Shown here: positions 1 to 8,985 of the stretch, piece by piece
Layout of the letters: the number at the start of each line of letters is the position of its first letter
How positions within the stretch are numbered: position 1 is the first letter of the stretch
Notes under the pieces: generated by a model
What the model saw: only the letters and a program-made list of their open reading frames with translations
Databases searched by the model: none
Told to the model about the DNA's origin: nothing
Made by a program: the position numbers and the translations under genes
Source: Promethearchaeia archaeon
GTDB taxonomy: Archaea > Asgardarchaeota > Lokiarchaeia > Sigyniarchaeales > SOKP01
Reading direction: 5' to 3'
Assembly (NCBI GenBank): GCA_046483985.1
Contig: JAWOCD010000011.1
Coordinates: 9,202-73,201 of the forward strand
Length of the DNA: 64,000 nucleotides

Positions 1-607
1 CAATAATTGAATATTCAAAATCTTTAATTAATACATTTGATAAATCAAAGACTGCAGATATCATCGCCGAAATTGTCGGTTCTGGCATGGTGGCTTGTAT
101 CTTTATGGGCAAGCCCTCTTTGGTAATGATGGCTATAAGAAGTGCATTGGGGATGGAACGCTTTATGCCGACAAAGAGTTCTTCTTTTGCAAGTTCGGAG
201 GTTTCAATAATGGCGGAAATATGAAGCGCCAAGTCTCTAAGTTTTTTAATTGATTCATTCAATCCCTCCAGATCCGCTAATTCACGATCGAGGTAGGCAA
301 CCATGGTGATATCCTCAGTCAAAATGGATATCAGAATGTATTTTTTCCCAGTCACTAAATTATAGGACACCTCTTGATTTAATGTCCCTTTAAGCATTTT
401 CGATGCAAGGAAAATTAAACTACTGGTTGCCGATGCTATTTTAACTTCTGAAAGGAATTCATCCTTTTTCTTAAAGGCACTCGTCACCGGCGTGCCCGTC
501 AAGCTTCCAACATTAATTCCAATAAGCGAAGGATTCTTTTCCAGTTGATCTTCTATCAATTGCGTTATATCTGACTCTAAATCTTCCATATTCTTTTGTT
601 TTGACAT
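1..607 (-). CDS. Tandem Roadblock/LC7-domain protein (runs off the left edge; not in the supplied ORF track)
   Basis: Manual minus-strand translation from ATG at 607: MSKQKNMEDLESDITQLIEDQLEKNPSLIGINVGSLTGTPVTSAF...IASATSSLIFLASKML..., then a second unit ...IKRSIPNALLIAIITKEGLPIKIQ...ISAMMSAVFDLS. Both units match the Roadblock/MglB pattern, and the frame is open to the window edge. Confidence 0.75.
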   Translation of the reverse strand, partial: MSKQKNMEDLESDITQLIEDQLEKNPSLIGINVGSLTGTPVTSAFKKKDEFLSEVKIASATSSLIFLASKMLKGTLNQEVSYNLVTGKKYILISILTEDITMVAYLDRELADLEGLNESIKKLRDLALHISAIIETSELAKEELFVGIKRSIPNALLIAIITKEGLPIKIQATMPEPTISAMISAVFDLSNVLIKDFEYSII

Positions 608-830
608 AGAGAATTACTCTCCAAAATTTTTTTCTTTGTATAAATACCTTTACAGCTATATGAATTACAAATTAATTAAATTTTAGTCCGTTAATATAAA
701 AAAGTAGAGCATTCCACAATTTATAATTTTATTAATTATGAGACATAATATAATTCTAAGCATAAGCAAAATAAGAAAATCAAATTTGCTTTAAAATAAA
801 TTTAAGGAAGTATTATTAGTTGAGATTTTT

Positions 831-1628
831 ATGGAAGATTTAAAAGACCAAATCGAGATGCTTAAGGATTCTGTGCGACTTAAGGATGATCAAATTCAAA
901 CCATTAAAGATTCAATGAAATTGAAGAACGAACAAATTCAAACCCTTGAAAAGTCCATGAAGTTAAAGGAAGATAAAATTCAAACATTGGAAAAAACCAT
1001 AGAACTAAAAGAGCAGCAAATAAAGGATGCTGAAGGAAGTTCCGGAAAGACTCAAGAATTAGAAGAAAAAGAGGAGGAAATTACCGAATTGAAGCAACAA
1101 GTCGATATCTTAAATGAAGAACTATTAAAAGCAGATAAAGATATAGAAAATCTTGAGTTAGAAATTGAAGAATTACGAAGTGGCGCTCAATCCACGGGAG
1201 ATTCGAAAATCCCGGATTTCACTGACATCGAAATTTCAAGGGAAGAAATCTTAAATAAAATGCGCGATATTCTCGGTAGAGCGCTTTCTAAAGTTACCTT
1301 AGTAGTTCCAACTATCACCGATTTAATGGACCTTCAGTTATACGATGTAAGGTCCTCGGTAAATCTAAAAATTTCTTGTCTAATAAATCCGGGTATTGAA
1401 GAACATTCTGCTTTGTTAGAAGAATTTGAAGTGTTAGATAACATATCATTACGCGCCTATGAAGAAAAAGATAGATATGTCATCATTCGGGATGGTGAAG
1501 AACTAATGATGGCTATAATTGGAAATAAACCCAATAATCACCTCGCATTTCATACTAAAGACGCGGCCCATATTAAATTTTTTAATTCCCTAGTTCTCGA
1601 GGCGTGGTTACGCAGCCGAAAAATATGA
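831..1628 (+). CDS. Coiled-coil protein with 14-aa N-terminal repeats and a C-terminal TrmB-effector/PLD-like alpha-beta domain
   Basis: Repeats of LK(D/N/E)xQIQT(I/L)xxS(M)K. The C-terminal VTLVVP...RYVIIRDGEELMM...FFNSLVLEAWLRSRKI pattern resembles PLD-fold/TrmB C-domains but has no HKD motif. Confidence 0.6.
   Translation: MEDLKDQIEMLKDSVRLKDDQIQTIKDSMKLKNEQIQTLEKSMKLKEDKIQTLEKTIELKEQQIKDAEGSSGKTQELEEKEEEITELKQQVDILNEELLKADKDIENLELEIEELRSGAQSTGDSKIPDFTDIEISREEILNKMRDILGRALSKVTLVVPTITDLMDLQLYDVRSSVNLKISCLINPGIEEHSALLEEFEVLDNISLRAYEEKDRYVIIRDGEELMMAIIGNKPNNHLAFHTKDAAHIKFFNSLVLEAWLRSRKI
879..1025 (+). repeat. Degenerate 42-bp (14-aa) tandem coding repeat
   Basis: aaattcaaac recurs with a 42-nt period; protein units LKDDQIQTIKDSMK / LKNEQIQTLEKSMK / LKEDKIQTLEKTIE / LKEQQIK. 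Confidence 0.8.
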
Positions 1629-1725
1629 AAACGTTAAAATTCAATTAATTTTTTCTTTTTCTTTCACAAATAGATCAAAGAAATGATGATCGTTTATAAT
1701 TTATTTTATGACAGGGAATTTTAAA

Positions 1726-3135
1726 TTAACCCCTCAAGTCATATTCCCAGTTATCAATTTTATTGAGCAAAGCAAATTTACTATCCTCATCAACTGGTTC
1801 ATTTGGCCCCTTTCTTCGAAATGCTGAGGCTTTATTTAAGAGTTTAAACAAGACCTTATGAAATTTTACAAAATTCTTTAACTTTTTACTTGCCGTATTC
1901 AATGATAAAGCAATATCCTCATTTGTTTCCGAGAGTTTTATATCAATTTCAAGATTATGCCATACATCAGAAATTCCTTTTATGTTTTGGATCTTTTGAG
2001 CGGCCAACTGCTGTTTTTTTGTACTTTTATCGGGTGACGGTTCTTTTTTCTGCTCTTTTATTTTTGGAGCAGACGTATCCTTTTGTGGAGGAGGTGTTAT
2101 TTCTGAGGCTTGTTCGGATGCCTGTGGGCTTGGTTGTACTTCTGATTCAGAAGTAGTAGGAATTTCTTCTTGTCCTTCTTGAGTTTCTGGTGGGGCTTGT
2201 TCTTGGGAAGTGACGGGTTTTTTTGTTGGTTGGGGTTGTGGGATCTCTGGTTGCTCTGCTGACGCTGATAACGCTGGTTCTGGTTGGTTTTTTGCTTGCA
2301 ATTCTGGTTCTGGGGATGACGCCGGAGTGGAATGTGGTTGTGGGATCTCTGGTTGCTCTGCTGACGCTGAAGTAGATTTTGGACTTAAATCCTTGGTTCC
2401 AGTTGGTGTTTCCTGTTGTGAGACCTCCGCTGTAATCTCGCTCGCTCCAATACTTTCAGGAGGAGTTCCCTCTTCCACTTCAGTTTCCTTTAACGATTGG
2501 GAAGCAGGTTCTGGTTCTGGTATAGCCTCTGCTGCCTTTTCTTCACTTAATTTCTTTTCCGTTTTTGGAACAGTTTTTTGAGCTGGTTCAAGTGTTGGTT
2601 CGGCGAGTTTTTCTGTTGATTTCGCTTTGATCTCTTTTTCCTTCTTCTTTTCTTTCTCTTCTTTTTCCTTTTCTACTACTTCTTTCTCTTTCTCTTTGTC
2701 TTCCTCCTCTTCTTCGGTTAAAATCTCATCCAATGAGGGCAATTCATCTGCGGATCCAAATTCATCAAGACTGTCCTTTATTTCTTCCTTACTTTTTCCT
2801 TCGAACTTAGCTCCTAATACTTCAGCAATTTCATCCGTAGATGCTTTCTTTTTCTTGCCTTTTTCTTCGCCTTCCCCAGCAGCTGGAATTTGAAAACCGC
2901 CTACACTCATTTCTCTCAAACGTCTTTCCAAATTTTTGAATGATTGTTCCATTTTTGAATATAACTGTTTATTTTCGATAGTTTGCATACGAATTTTGCC
3001 GAGGAAATCCAAACCGTCCTTTACCCGGTTGAATGCGTCTTTAATTTCATTGAATTTTGAGATTAGGGTAAACATTTTTTCTTGGAACCGTTCTTGGAAA
3101 TCCTCAATAATTTTTTTTACTTCTTCTTCCGACAT
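1726..3135 (-). CDS. Hypothetical protein: N-terminal helical/coiled-coil domain, long disordered E/P/Q/K-rich linker, C-terminal helical bundle
   Basis: 472-aa ORF in the track (from 3144); the likely start is the ATG at 3135. Low-complexity centre. Confidence 0.8.
   Translation of the reverse strand: MSEEEVKKIIEDFQERFQEKMFTLISKFNEIKDAFNRVKDGLDFLGKIRMQTIENKQLYSKMEQSFKNLERRLREMSVGGFQIPAAGEGEEKGKKKKASTDEIAEVLGAKFEGKSKEEIKDSLDEFGSADELPSLDEILTEEEEEDKEKEKEVVEKEKEEKEKKKEKEIKAKSTEKLAEPTLEPAQKTVPKTEKKLSEEKAAEAIPEPEPASQSLKETEVEEGTPPESIGASEITAEVSQQETPTGTKDLSPKSTSASAEQPEIPQPHSTPASSPEPELQAKNQPEPALSASAEQPEIPQPQPTKKPVTSQEQAPPETQEGQEEIPTTSESEVQPSPQASEQASEITPPPQKDTSAPKIKEQKKEPSPDKSTKKQQLAAQKIQNIKGISDVWHNLEIDIKLSETNEDIALSLNTASKKLKNFVKFHKVLFKLLNKASAFRRKGPNEPVDEDSKFALLNKIDNWEYDLRG
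2234..2370. repeat. Exact 35-bp direct repeat within the linker coding region
   Basis: ggttgtgggatctctggttgctctgctgacgctga at 2234-2268 and 2336-2370 (102-bp period); encodes SASAEQPEIPQP twice. Confidence 0.9.
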
Positions 3136-3173
3136 TTTTAACAACTCTCTTCGTTATGCTCTCCTTTGGGTGA

Positions 3174-3413
3174 TTATAATCTATTAAGCCTATCCATTAG
3201 TTCATTCATGGTTTCTTCAATAGTTTTAAGGCGTTTACTCTGTTTATCATAATTCTTTTTCATTTTTTTCAGAAAATCGGTGTTTTCCGCCATCTCCACT
3301 GCTTCTTTACTTAAATCCGTCAATTTTTGGAGTAAATCTCCGGTGATATTATCCAAACTTTTCTCAAACATCGTTAAATTTGACTCAAACTCTTTAAGAA
3401 TTTGTTCATCCAT
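3174..3413 (-). CDS. Small coiled-coil/helical-hairpin protein
   Basis: ORF 3174-3428, likely ATG at 3413 (MDEQIL); heptad pattern; co-oriented just upstream of the 1726-3135 gene. Confidence 0.75.
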   Translation of the reverse strand: MDEQILKEFESNLTMFEKSLDNITGDLLQKLTDLSKEAVEMAENTDFLKKMKKNYDKQSKRLKTIEETMNELMDRLNRL

Positions 3414-3550
3414 TTTACAGCAACTCAATTAGGTGTTTTTTAAAATATCTTACTTACTAATCTTACAAAAATATTCTTCCAAATAAAATTTAATCTTTTA
3501 CCTAAATAAAATTTCGTATTCTCTCGCAAAAAATAAAATAAAAAAGTAAT

Positions 3551-4264
3551 TTATGTTTTTGGAAAAAACCGTTTAAACCCTAAACTAAAGATGGAATTAC
3601 CACTAATCAGTAGGAGGGGAGCCAGTATTCTGATAACAACTTCGGGATTTTCTTGTTCCAGACTCCACATAAAATATGCCGTTTCGGGTAAATCTATCAT
3701 GACTGCGATAACAAAAATCAACATCCCTACCGAGATCATAATACAGCCATTCCTTACCGGTCCAGAAGGTGTTTTCCGCGCTAAATTTAAGAATAGTAGC
3801 GGCATAAAAAAGCCAGCAATAAAGAACAGTATAACAGCAGTCCAATATGTGATCTCGTTAAAAAAGAAATAATTAACAATCGAAACCGTTCCCTCAAGGA
3901 TGGAGACAATGGTAAGAATATATCGATTTTTCTTAAAAATAAATTTCTCTATATTAAAATACATTACCGCGATGCCGATCCAAGCTATAAAATAGTAGAA
4001 AAACCTGAGCCAGAAGTTTAGGCCTGTGATTTGATCTCCATTTACCCAAGCATCAAACACATCACCATAATACCCAATAAAATAACGTCTGATATTTTCT
4101 ATCAGACGGGCTACACCGTACGAGGCCATAAAAATTGCAAGACCTAAAAAGAATGGTCTTGAAAGTGTTTTTCTCCGTTTATATTGAACAAGAAACATAA
4201 TCATCAAAGAAAAACAAAGTATTACGGCAAAATACCATAGGACTAATTCTATTAATTCGAACAT
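3551..4264 (-). CDS. Stand-alone ~7-TM membrane protein (HisKA_7TM-like)
   Basis: About seven hydrophobic segments with basic loops and no soluble output domain; likely ATG at 4264. Confidence 0.7.
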   Translation of the reverse strand: MFELIELVLWYFAVILCFSLMIMFLVQYKRRKTLSRPFFLGLAIFMASYGVARLIENIRRYFIGYYGDVFDAWVNGDQITGLNFWLRFFYYFIAWIGIAVMYFNIEKFIFKKNRYILTIVSILEGTVSIVNYFFFNEITYWTAVILFFIAGFFMPLLFLNLARKTPSGPVRNGCIMISVGMLIFVIAVMIDLPETAYFMWSLEQENPEVVIRILAPLLLISGNSIFSLGFKRFFPKT

Positions 4265-4337
4265 TTTAAAGAAACCATAATTTTTCAAAATAATTTCGAT
4301 GTTTAATAAAAAAATTGGTTCTTAATTAGGGTTTTGA

Positions 4338-5615
4338 CTATTTTTTGATTTCATTGAGAAGTGATAAGGCCGAATCATAATTTGGGTCAAGGACTAACGC
4401 CTGTTCAAGACATTGTTTCGCTTTCTCATTATTCCCTTTCTTGAGATAGGTTTTTCCAAGATGCAACCAAATAGATTTTTTATCTCCTTTAATTTCTATT
4501 GCTTTTTTCAGAAATTTTACTGATTGATCGAAGCGTCCCTTATCGTAAAATGCTGAGGCGATGGTTACATATGTATCGACATAATTGGGATTTAATTTTA
4601 ATGCCTTTTTCCCATATTGAATTGCTTGATCATAGGACTCTGTTTCAATCAAACACGTTGCTAAATTCGTCAATATTCTAGGGTTTTTTGGATTTTGAGC
4701 CAAAGCGCGTTGATACTGTTCTATTGCTTTTTGATAATTGTTTTGTTTTTGAAAAGCTTGTCCTTTATTAAACAATGCGAATTCATACTGGGGATCAATT
4801 TGGAGTGCGTGATCATAAGCATTTAAAGCGTTCATGTACTCTTTCTTGAGAAAATAACAATAACCAAGCCCATTCCAAGCATTTTTGAAATTTTCATCAA
4901 GTTCCAATGCGTTTCGAAAATGGTCAATCGCTTTTTCATAATCCTTTTTTTCTTGATATGCATAAGCAATATTCACGTGGGCTTGTATATAGTCTTTATC
5001 TAATTCCAAAGCCTTTATAAAGTATTCTATTGCTGAATCAAAGTGTCCCATCTGGAAATAAGACAACCCTGCGTTGTACCAGACGATCTTATCCTTTTTA
5101 TCAAATGCTAAAATCTTCTCATATGTCTTTAGGGCTTTTGAAAATTTTCTTGCTTTATTATAGATTATCCCTAAATTCAGCAAAGTCCGCTTATGTTGCG
5201 GGTAAATATCTATAATTTTTTGATAAATTTGAACTGCCTTTTGAAATTTTCCTTGTCTATGGAAAACTTGGGCCTTGAAAAACAAGGCGTCTTTTTGTTC
5301 TGGTTCTTTTTCTAAAATTTCATTACATTGCTTCACGACCTTTTTCAAGTTTCTTTTTTTAAGGTTTTCTTTTATCTTGTTGAACTTTAGTCGGAAGGTT
5401 AGATTTTTTATTCGTTTTAAATATTGATTAATTTTTGTTCTACATTGCTCAGTTAAATCTTGATTGGTGGATTTTTTTACAAAATGTGAAAGTAGATCTG
5501 AAGCCTCTTGATATTTGTCTATTGCATCTCTAATTTTTCCACTGGCATCAAGCTCAGTCGCATTTTGAGCAATTTTTACTGCTTTTTTAAAAACATCATT
5601 ATCCGGAGTTCTCAT
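4338..5615 (-). CDS. MIT-domain + TPR-repeat protein
   Basis: N-terminal KKAVKIAQNATELDASGKIRDAIDKYQEASDLL...CRTKINQYLKRIKNL is a canonical MIT three-helix pattern, followed by ~10 TPR units (WYNAGLSY, AWNGLGYCY, ALELDP-like turns). Confidence 0.88.
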   Translation of the reverse strand: MRTPDNDVFKKAVKIAQNATELDASGKIRDAIDKYQEASDLLSHFVKKSTNQDLTEQCRTKINQYLKRIKNLTFRLKFNKIKENLKKRNLKKVVKQCNEILEKEPEQKDALFFKAQVFHRQGKFQKAVQIYQKIIDIYPQHKRTLLNLGIIYNKARKFSKALKTYEKILAFDKKDKIVWYNAGLSYFQMGHFDSAIEYFIKALELDKDYIQAHVNIAYAYQEKKDYEKAIDHFRNALELDENFKNAWNGLGYCYFLKKEYMNALNAYDHALQIDPQYEFALFNKGQAFQKQNNYQKAIEQYQRALAQNPKNPRILTNLATCLIETESYDQAIQYGKKALKLNPNYVDTYVTIASAFYDKGRFDQSVKFLKKAIEIKGDKKSIWLHLGKTYLKKGNNEKAKQCLEQALVLDPNYDSALSLLNEIKK

Positions 5616-5678
5616 TATTGTTTACCCTCTTTTTAAATCGTATAATAAAAAGAAAGAGTTGAATCGTTAAATTTTTAA

Positions 5679-7103
5679 TTATTGCTGTAGATAAAGAAAT
5701 CGCTCAAGATAGAACATCCACACTTGGGCGAAATTATTATTCACTAGGAAATCGCTCGCGTGCGTTGCAAAAGGAAATTCAATCCGGATACAATTGACTC
5801 CCTTATCTTCTAAAGCAATTTCTATGTCCTTACTTTCTTGGGGATCAACTAAGCCATCTTGTAAACCGTGATAGATTAGTGCAGCGCTGTCATTTTGGTC
5901 TGCGAGATTACTGGGGGTAAATTTCTCAAAAGCAAGCGGATTTGATTGGGGTGTACCAGGAATTAACTCCTTTCTGTCACCCGAACTAATCCTTTCTGCG
6001 TCATTTGCCGGATAAATAGGGACGGTTCCTTTAATCGTAATGGCATTACTGAAATTACCACTAAAATAGGGATCGTTATACCCTAGTCCTGAAATTGCAG
6101 TTAAATGGCCCCCCGCTGAACCGCCCATAATAAATACAGAATCCAAACGGGATTGATATTCATCGGCTAAATTCTCTTCCAATTGGTGGGTAAAGTATCC
6201 AATGTGGGATACCATATCGTGTAGGGTAAAATTACCCCGTACATGCTCCGGAGTGGGCAGAGTTGGATCTTCCCCATGATCATATAATCCATATTGAATA
6301 TCAAATACGATATATCCTTGTGAAGCCAGGTATTTATTCACGGGGATCATATTTGCTAATCCTTTATCTCCTTCCGTCCAGCCGCCGCCATGTATCTTTA
6401 TGATGGTGCTATTGCCTCCCGGGAGCTCTCGCTCGGTGGCTTTTGGATAATAGACATCGAACATAAGATAGATATTCTCATCTCTGTAATACTCTCTATC
6501 TGTTTGTAGATTACATTCTTTTTGAGGGATTCCTAAATAATAATTCAAAAGGTTAAATTGAGTTCCCATAAATGATCTCTGGATGTTCTGAGGGATCGTT
6601 GAGTCCCACTTCGGTCCATATGCTTCCTCAAATTCTCGTTCGGCATTTTGGACTGACAGCGGAGTTGTTGCAAGGGGGAATGCATTAACAATAGCTAAAA
6701 TTAAGCCAAACACTAAAATTACCTTCTTTATCATTTCTATTTGATTTGTATGCGGTTTTTCTCTTTCTCTATCCGAAAATTCTGAATAGACAGAGGGAAA
6801 AACTTTGATTATAAGAAGAGCTGCGAGAAGGTAAATAAAGATTAAAAATCCGGAAATTTGACTCGCTCCAGTAGAAATTGTATTTGAAATTCCCCCAAAA
6901 GAGATAAACAAACACAGACTAGCATAGACGCCAAATCCAAGAGTGATAAATCCCAGTATCAGCAAGATAAATTTAAGGTAAAATCGAAATCCCCGCCCGT
7001 TTCCTTGCGATTTATATTTAAACTTCTTTCCTTTTGATTTTTTCGCTTTTTTCGATGGAGTCTTTGAATCCTCCTGTTTTCCCTCGGTTGTTTCTTCACT
7101 CAA
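5679..7103 (-). CDS. Membrane-anchored alpha/beta hydrolase (HSL-family esterase/lipase)
   Basis: HGGGW oxyanion motif, GGSAGG nucleophile elbow, HGLQDGLV and C-terminal His; three N-terminal TM helices. Confidence 0.88.
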   Translation of the reverse strand: MSEETTEGKQEDSKTPSKKAKKSKGKKFKYKSQGNGRGFRFYLKFILLILGFITLGFGVYASLCLFISFGGISNTISTGASQISGFLIFIYLLAALLIIKVFPSVYSEFSDREREKPHTNQIEMIKKVILVFGLILAIVNAFPLATTPLSVQNAEREFEEAYGPKWDSTIPQNIQRSFMGTQFNLLNYYLGIPQKECNLQTDREYYRDENIYLMFDVYYPKATERELPGGNSTIIKIHGGGWTEGDKGLANMIPVNKYLASQGYIVFDIQYGLYDHGEDPTLPTPEHVRGNFTLHDMVSHIGYFTHQLEENLADEYQSRLDSVFIMGGSAGGHLTAISGLGYNDPYFSGNFSNAITIKGTVPIYPANDAERISSGDRKELIPGTPQSNPLAFEKFTPSNLADQNDSAALIYHGLQDGLVDPQESKDIEIALEDKGVNCIRIEFPFATHASDFLVNNNFAQVWMFYLERFLYLQQ

Positions 7104-7560
7104 AGTTAAACACCTCTCGTTTATCGATTGTTAATAATGTCAAGATAGAAAAGAAGATGCCGAGCACGGCAACTCCTATAAGTCCGACGGAGATATTCAC
7201 ATGGTATAAAATTGTCCCGATCATATAGAATTCTCCCTTTAAAATAATGCTCTGAAAGACTACCCCCATAAAGATGAGGAATACCGCCGCGATGAAAAAT
7301 ACAATAAAATAATAGGAATATCTGTTTATTATTTTACCAATTTTATTCGTTTTAACGAGGGTTTTATCTAATTCATAAATTAAATACAGATTCATAAGCC
7401 AACTAAGAATTAACAAAATTCCAGCAAAATCAAAGAAAGGATTATAGGTTGAAATTACTTGAAACGCAATACCAAAACACAAGGTTAACAGATTCAAAGC
7501 AACCAAACTTTTACAGAACCGTATGAACCACGTTTTTTTAGAATTTCTCAATGAGACCAT
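7096..7560 (-). CDS. Four-TM membrane protein, overlapping the start of the hydrolase gene
   Basis: Four hydrophobic segments; 8-bp overlap with the downstream hydrolase gene. Confidence 0.75.
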   Translation of the reverse strand: MVSLRNSKKTWFIRFCKSLVALNLLTLCFGIAFQVISTYNPFFDFAGILLILSWLMNLYLIYELDKTLVKTNKIGKIINRYSYYFIVFFIAAVFLIFMGVVFQSIILKGEFYMIGTILYHVNISVGLIGVAVLGIFFSILTLLTIDKREVFNFE

Positions 7561-7787
7561 TTTAATCAGTAATTGATTTTTTTAAATGTATAAATATATT
7601 AATATTACGTCTTCATGTTATTTTAAATTTCAAATTTTAATTTTACCTTCATTTTTAAATCATTAGTTGGCAGTTTATATCAATGCATGAAATAGTCTCT
7701 AACGTAATACAAATATTAAAAAGAAGGTTTTTACTATTATTATTAATTTTAAGAATTAATCTCTTTACAATATAAAATATTTTAATA

Positions 7788-8708
7788 ATGACGGAAAAAG
7801 AAACAAACAACTCATTTTCTGAAAAAGTTAAAAATTATATTATAAATCTCTTTGATTTTTCGGAATTTGATCGAAAAACCATCGTGTATATAATAATTTT
7901 TATTATATTATTCGTAGTCTCAGTTTCCTTATTATATTATATGTATTTTATTGACGAAACTCTACTATATCGGCTTGTAATCAACCTATTTGTTAACCCA
8001 ATTTTTCATATAGGGTTTTGGGGAATATTTCTATTTCTTGCGGTTATGTCTTTACAAGGAATATTAGTCCCAATTCCATCAGCGATTGTAACATTAGCCG
8101 CGGGGATATTATGGGGTTTTTGGTGGGGTGGCGTATTGGGTGTTATTGGATCTATGTGCGCAGCTACATTATGCTACTACATCTCAAAGAAAGGAGGTCG
8201 CCCTTTAGCTGAAAAGTTTGTGGGAAAGTCAACCATTGATATGACCGATAAATTGATAGAAAAATATGGGACAGGAGCTATATTAATAACAAGATTAATC
8301 CCTTTTATCTCCTTTGACGCTATTAGCTATACTGCTGGTATTGTAGATTTGAACATTAAAAAATATATCATTGCTACTTTTATAGGGTCAATTCCCAGAG
8401 TCTTTTTTTATACATGGTTAGGATCCATAATGAATATTGAACCCCCCGTAAATCTCTTAGAACTTCCTTTGAGTGAAATTGAAGCCCGTGCGAGGGAATT
8501 CAATCTTATATTATCTATTGTTGTGGTCGTTATTTCTGTACTGTTCATTGCCTACATATTATACTCAAAAATTCAAGAAAAAAGGATGGGTAAAAGGGTT
8601 AAGGAACCAGCTATGGAGAATGAAGGAAAAACAAAAACCACCAACATTAATGGTAAAAGTAATAAAACGGATCAAGAAGAAGGTTCAAGAGCGCCACCCG
8701 ATATTTGA
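7788..8708 (+). CDS. TVP38/TMEM64 (DedA/VTT) family membrane protein
   Basis: PIPSAIVTLAAGILWG, ITRLIPFISFDAISYTAG and GSIPR motifs. Confidence 0.92.
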   Translation: MTEKETNNSFSEKVKNYIINLFDFSEFDRKTIVYIIIFIILFVVSVSLLYYMYFIDETLLYRLVINLFVNPIFHIGFWGIFLFLAVMSLQGILVPIPSAIVTLAAGILWGFWWGGVLGVIGSMCAATLCYYISKKGGRPLAEKFVGKSTIDMTDKLIEKYGTGAILITRLIPFISFDAISYTAGIVDLNIKKYIIATFIGSIPRVFFYTWLGSIMNIEPPVNLLELPLSEIEARAREFNLILSIVVVVISVLFIAYILYSKIQEKRMGKRVKEPAMENEGKTKTTNINGKSNKTDQEEGSRAPPDI

Positions 8709-8916
8709 ACAGCGGTCGACAGAACGTAAGGAGAGCGCAACCGTGAATGCTCGATCGACGCTATCAGATATTGCGGATCTTGCCCGACCGGCTCGCCGCG
8801 GTCTGGCAGGTCAACACCGCTTCCTTTTCATTGGCTTGTCTGGTGCAGGCAAAATAATAGCTTCTTCGGCCTTGGCGGAGCAACTGAAGATGGAAATGAC
8901 TCGCCCGTATGTTTGA
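8690..8916 (+). pseudogene. GC-rich relic of an AAA+/P-loop ATPase gene
   Basis: Abrupt GC rise; the frame reads ...HRFLFIGLSGAGKIIASSALAEQLKME (decayed Walker A at 8833-8853); no plausible start. Confidence 0.5.
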
Positions 8917-8985
8917 TCGCACCGAAAACCAGTGCTTTCTTGCACTTTAGTGATAAAATAAATAGAAAAAAAATATAAAAGATCT

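Noticed and set aside
1890-3187. Plus-strand ORFs opposite the 472-aa gene, and the many similar antisense ORFs across the window
   Set aside because: These are shadow frames of real genes, often S/F-rich mirrors of E/K-rich sequence.
8473-8916. 147-aa ORF in the track as a real gene
   Set aside because: Its first half is an alternative frame of the DedA gene; only the GC-rich tail looks like a coding relic.
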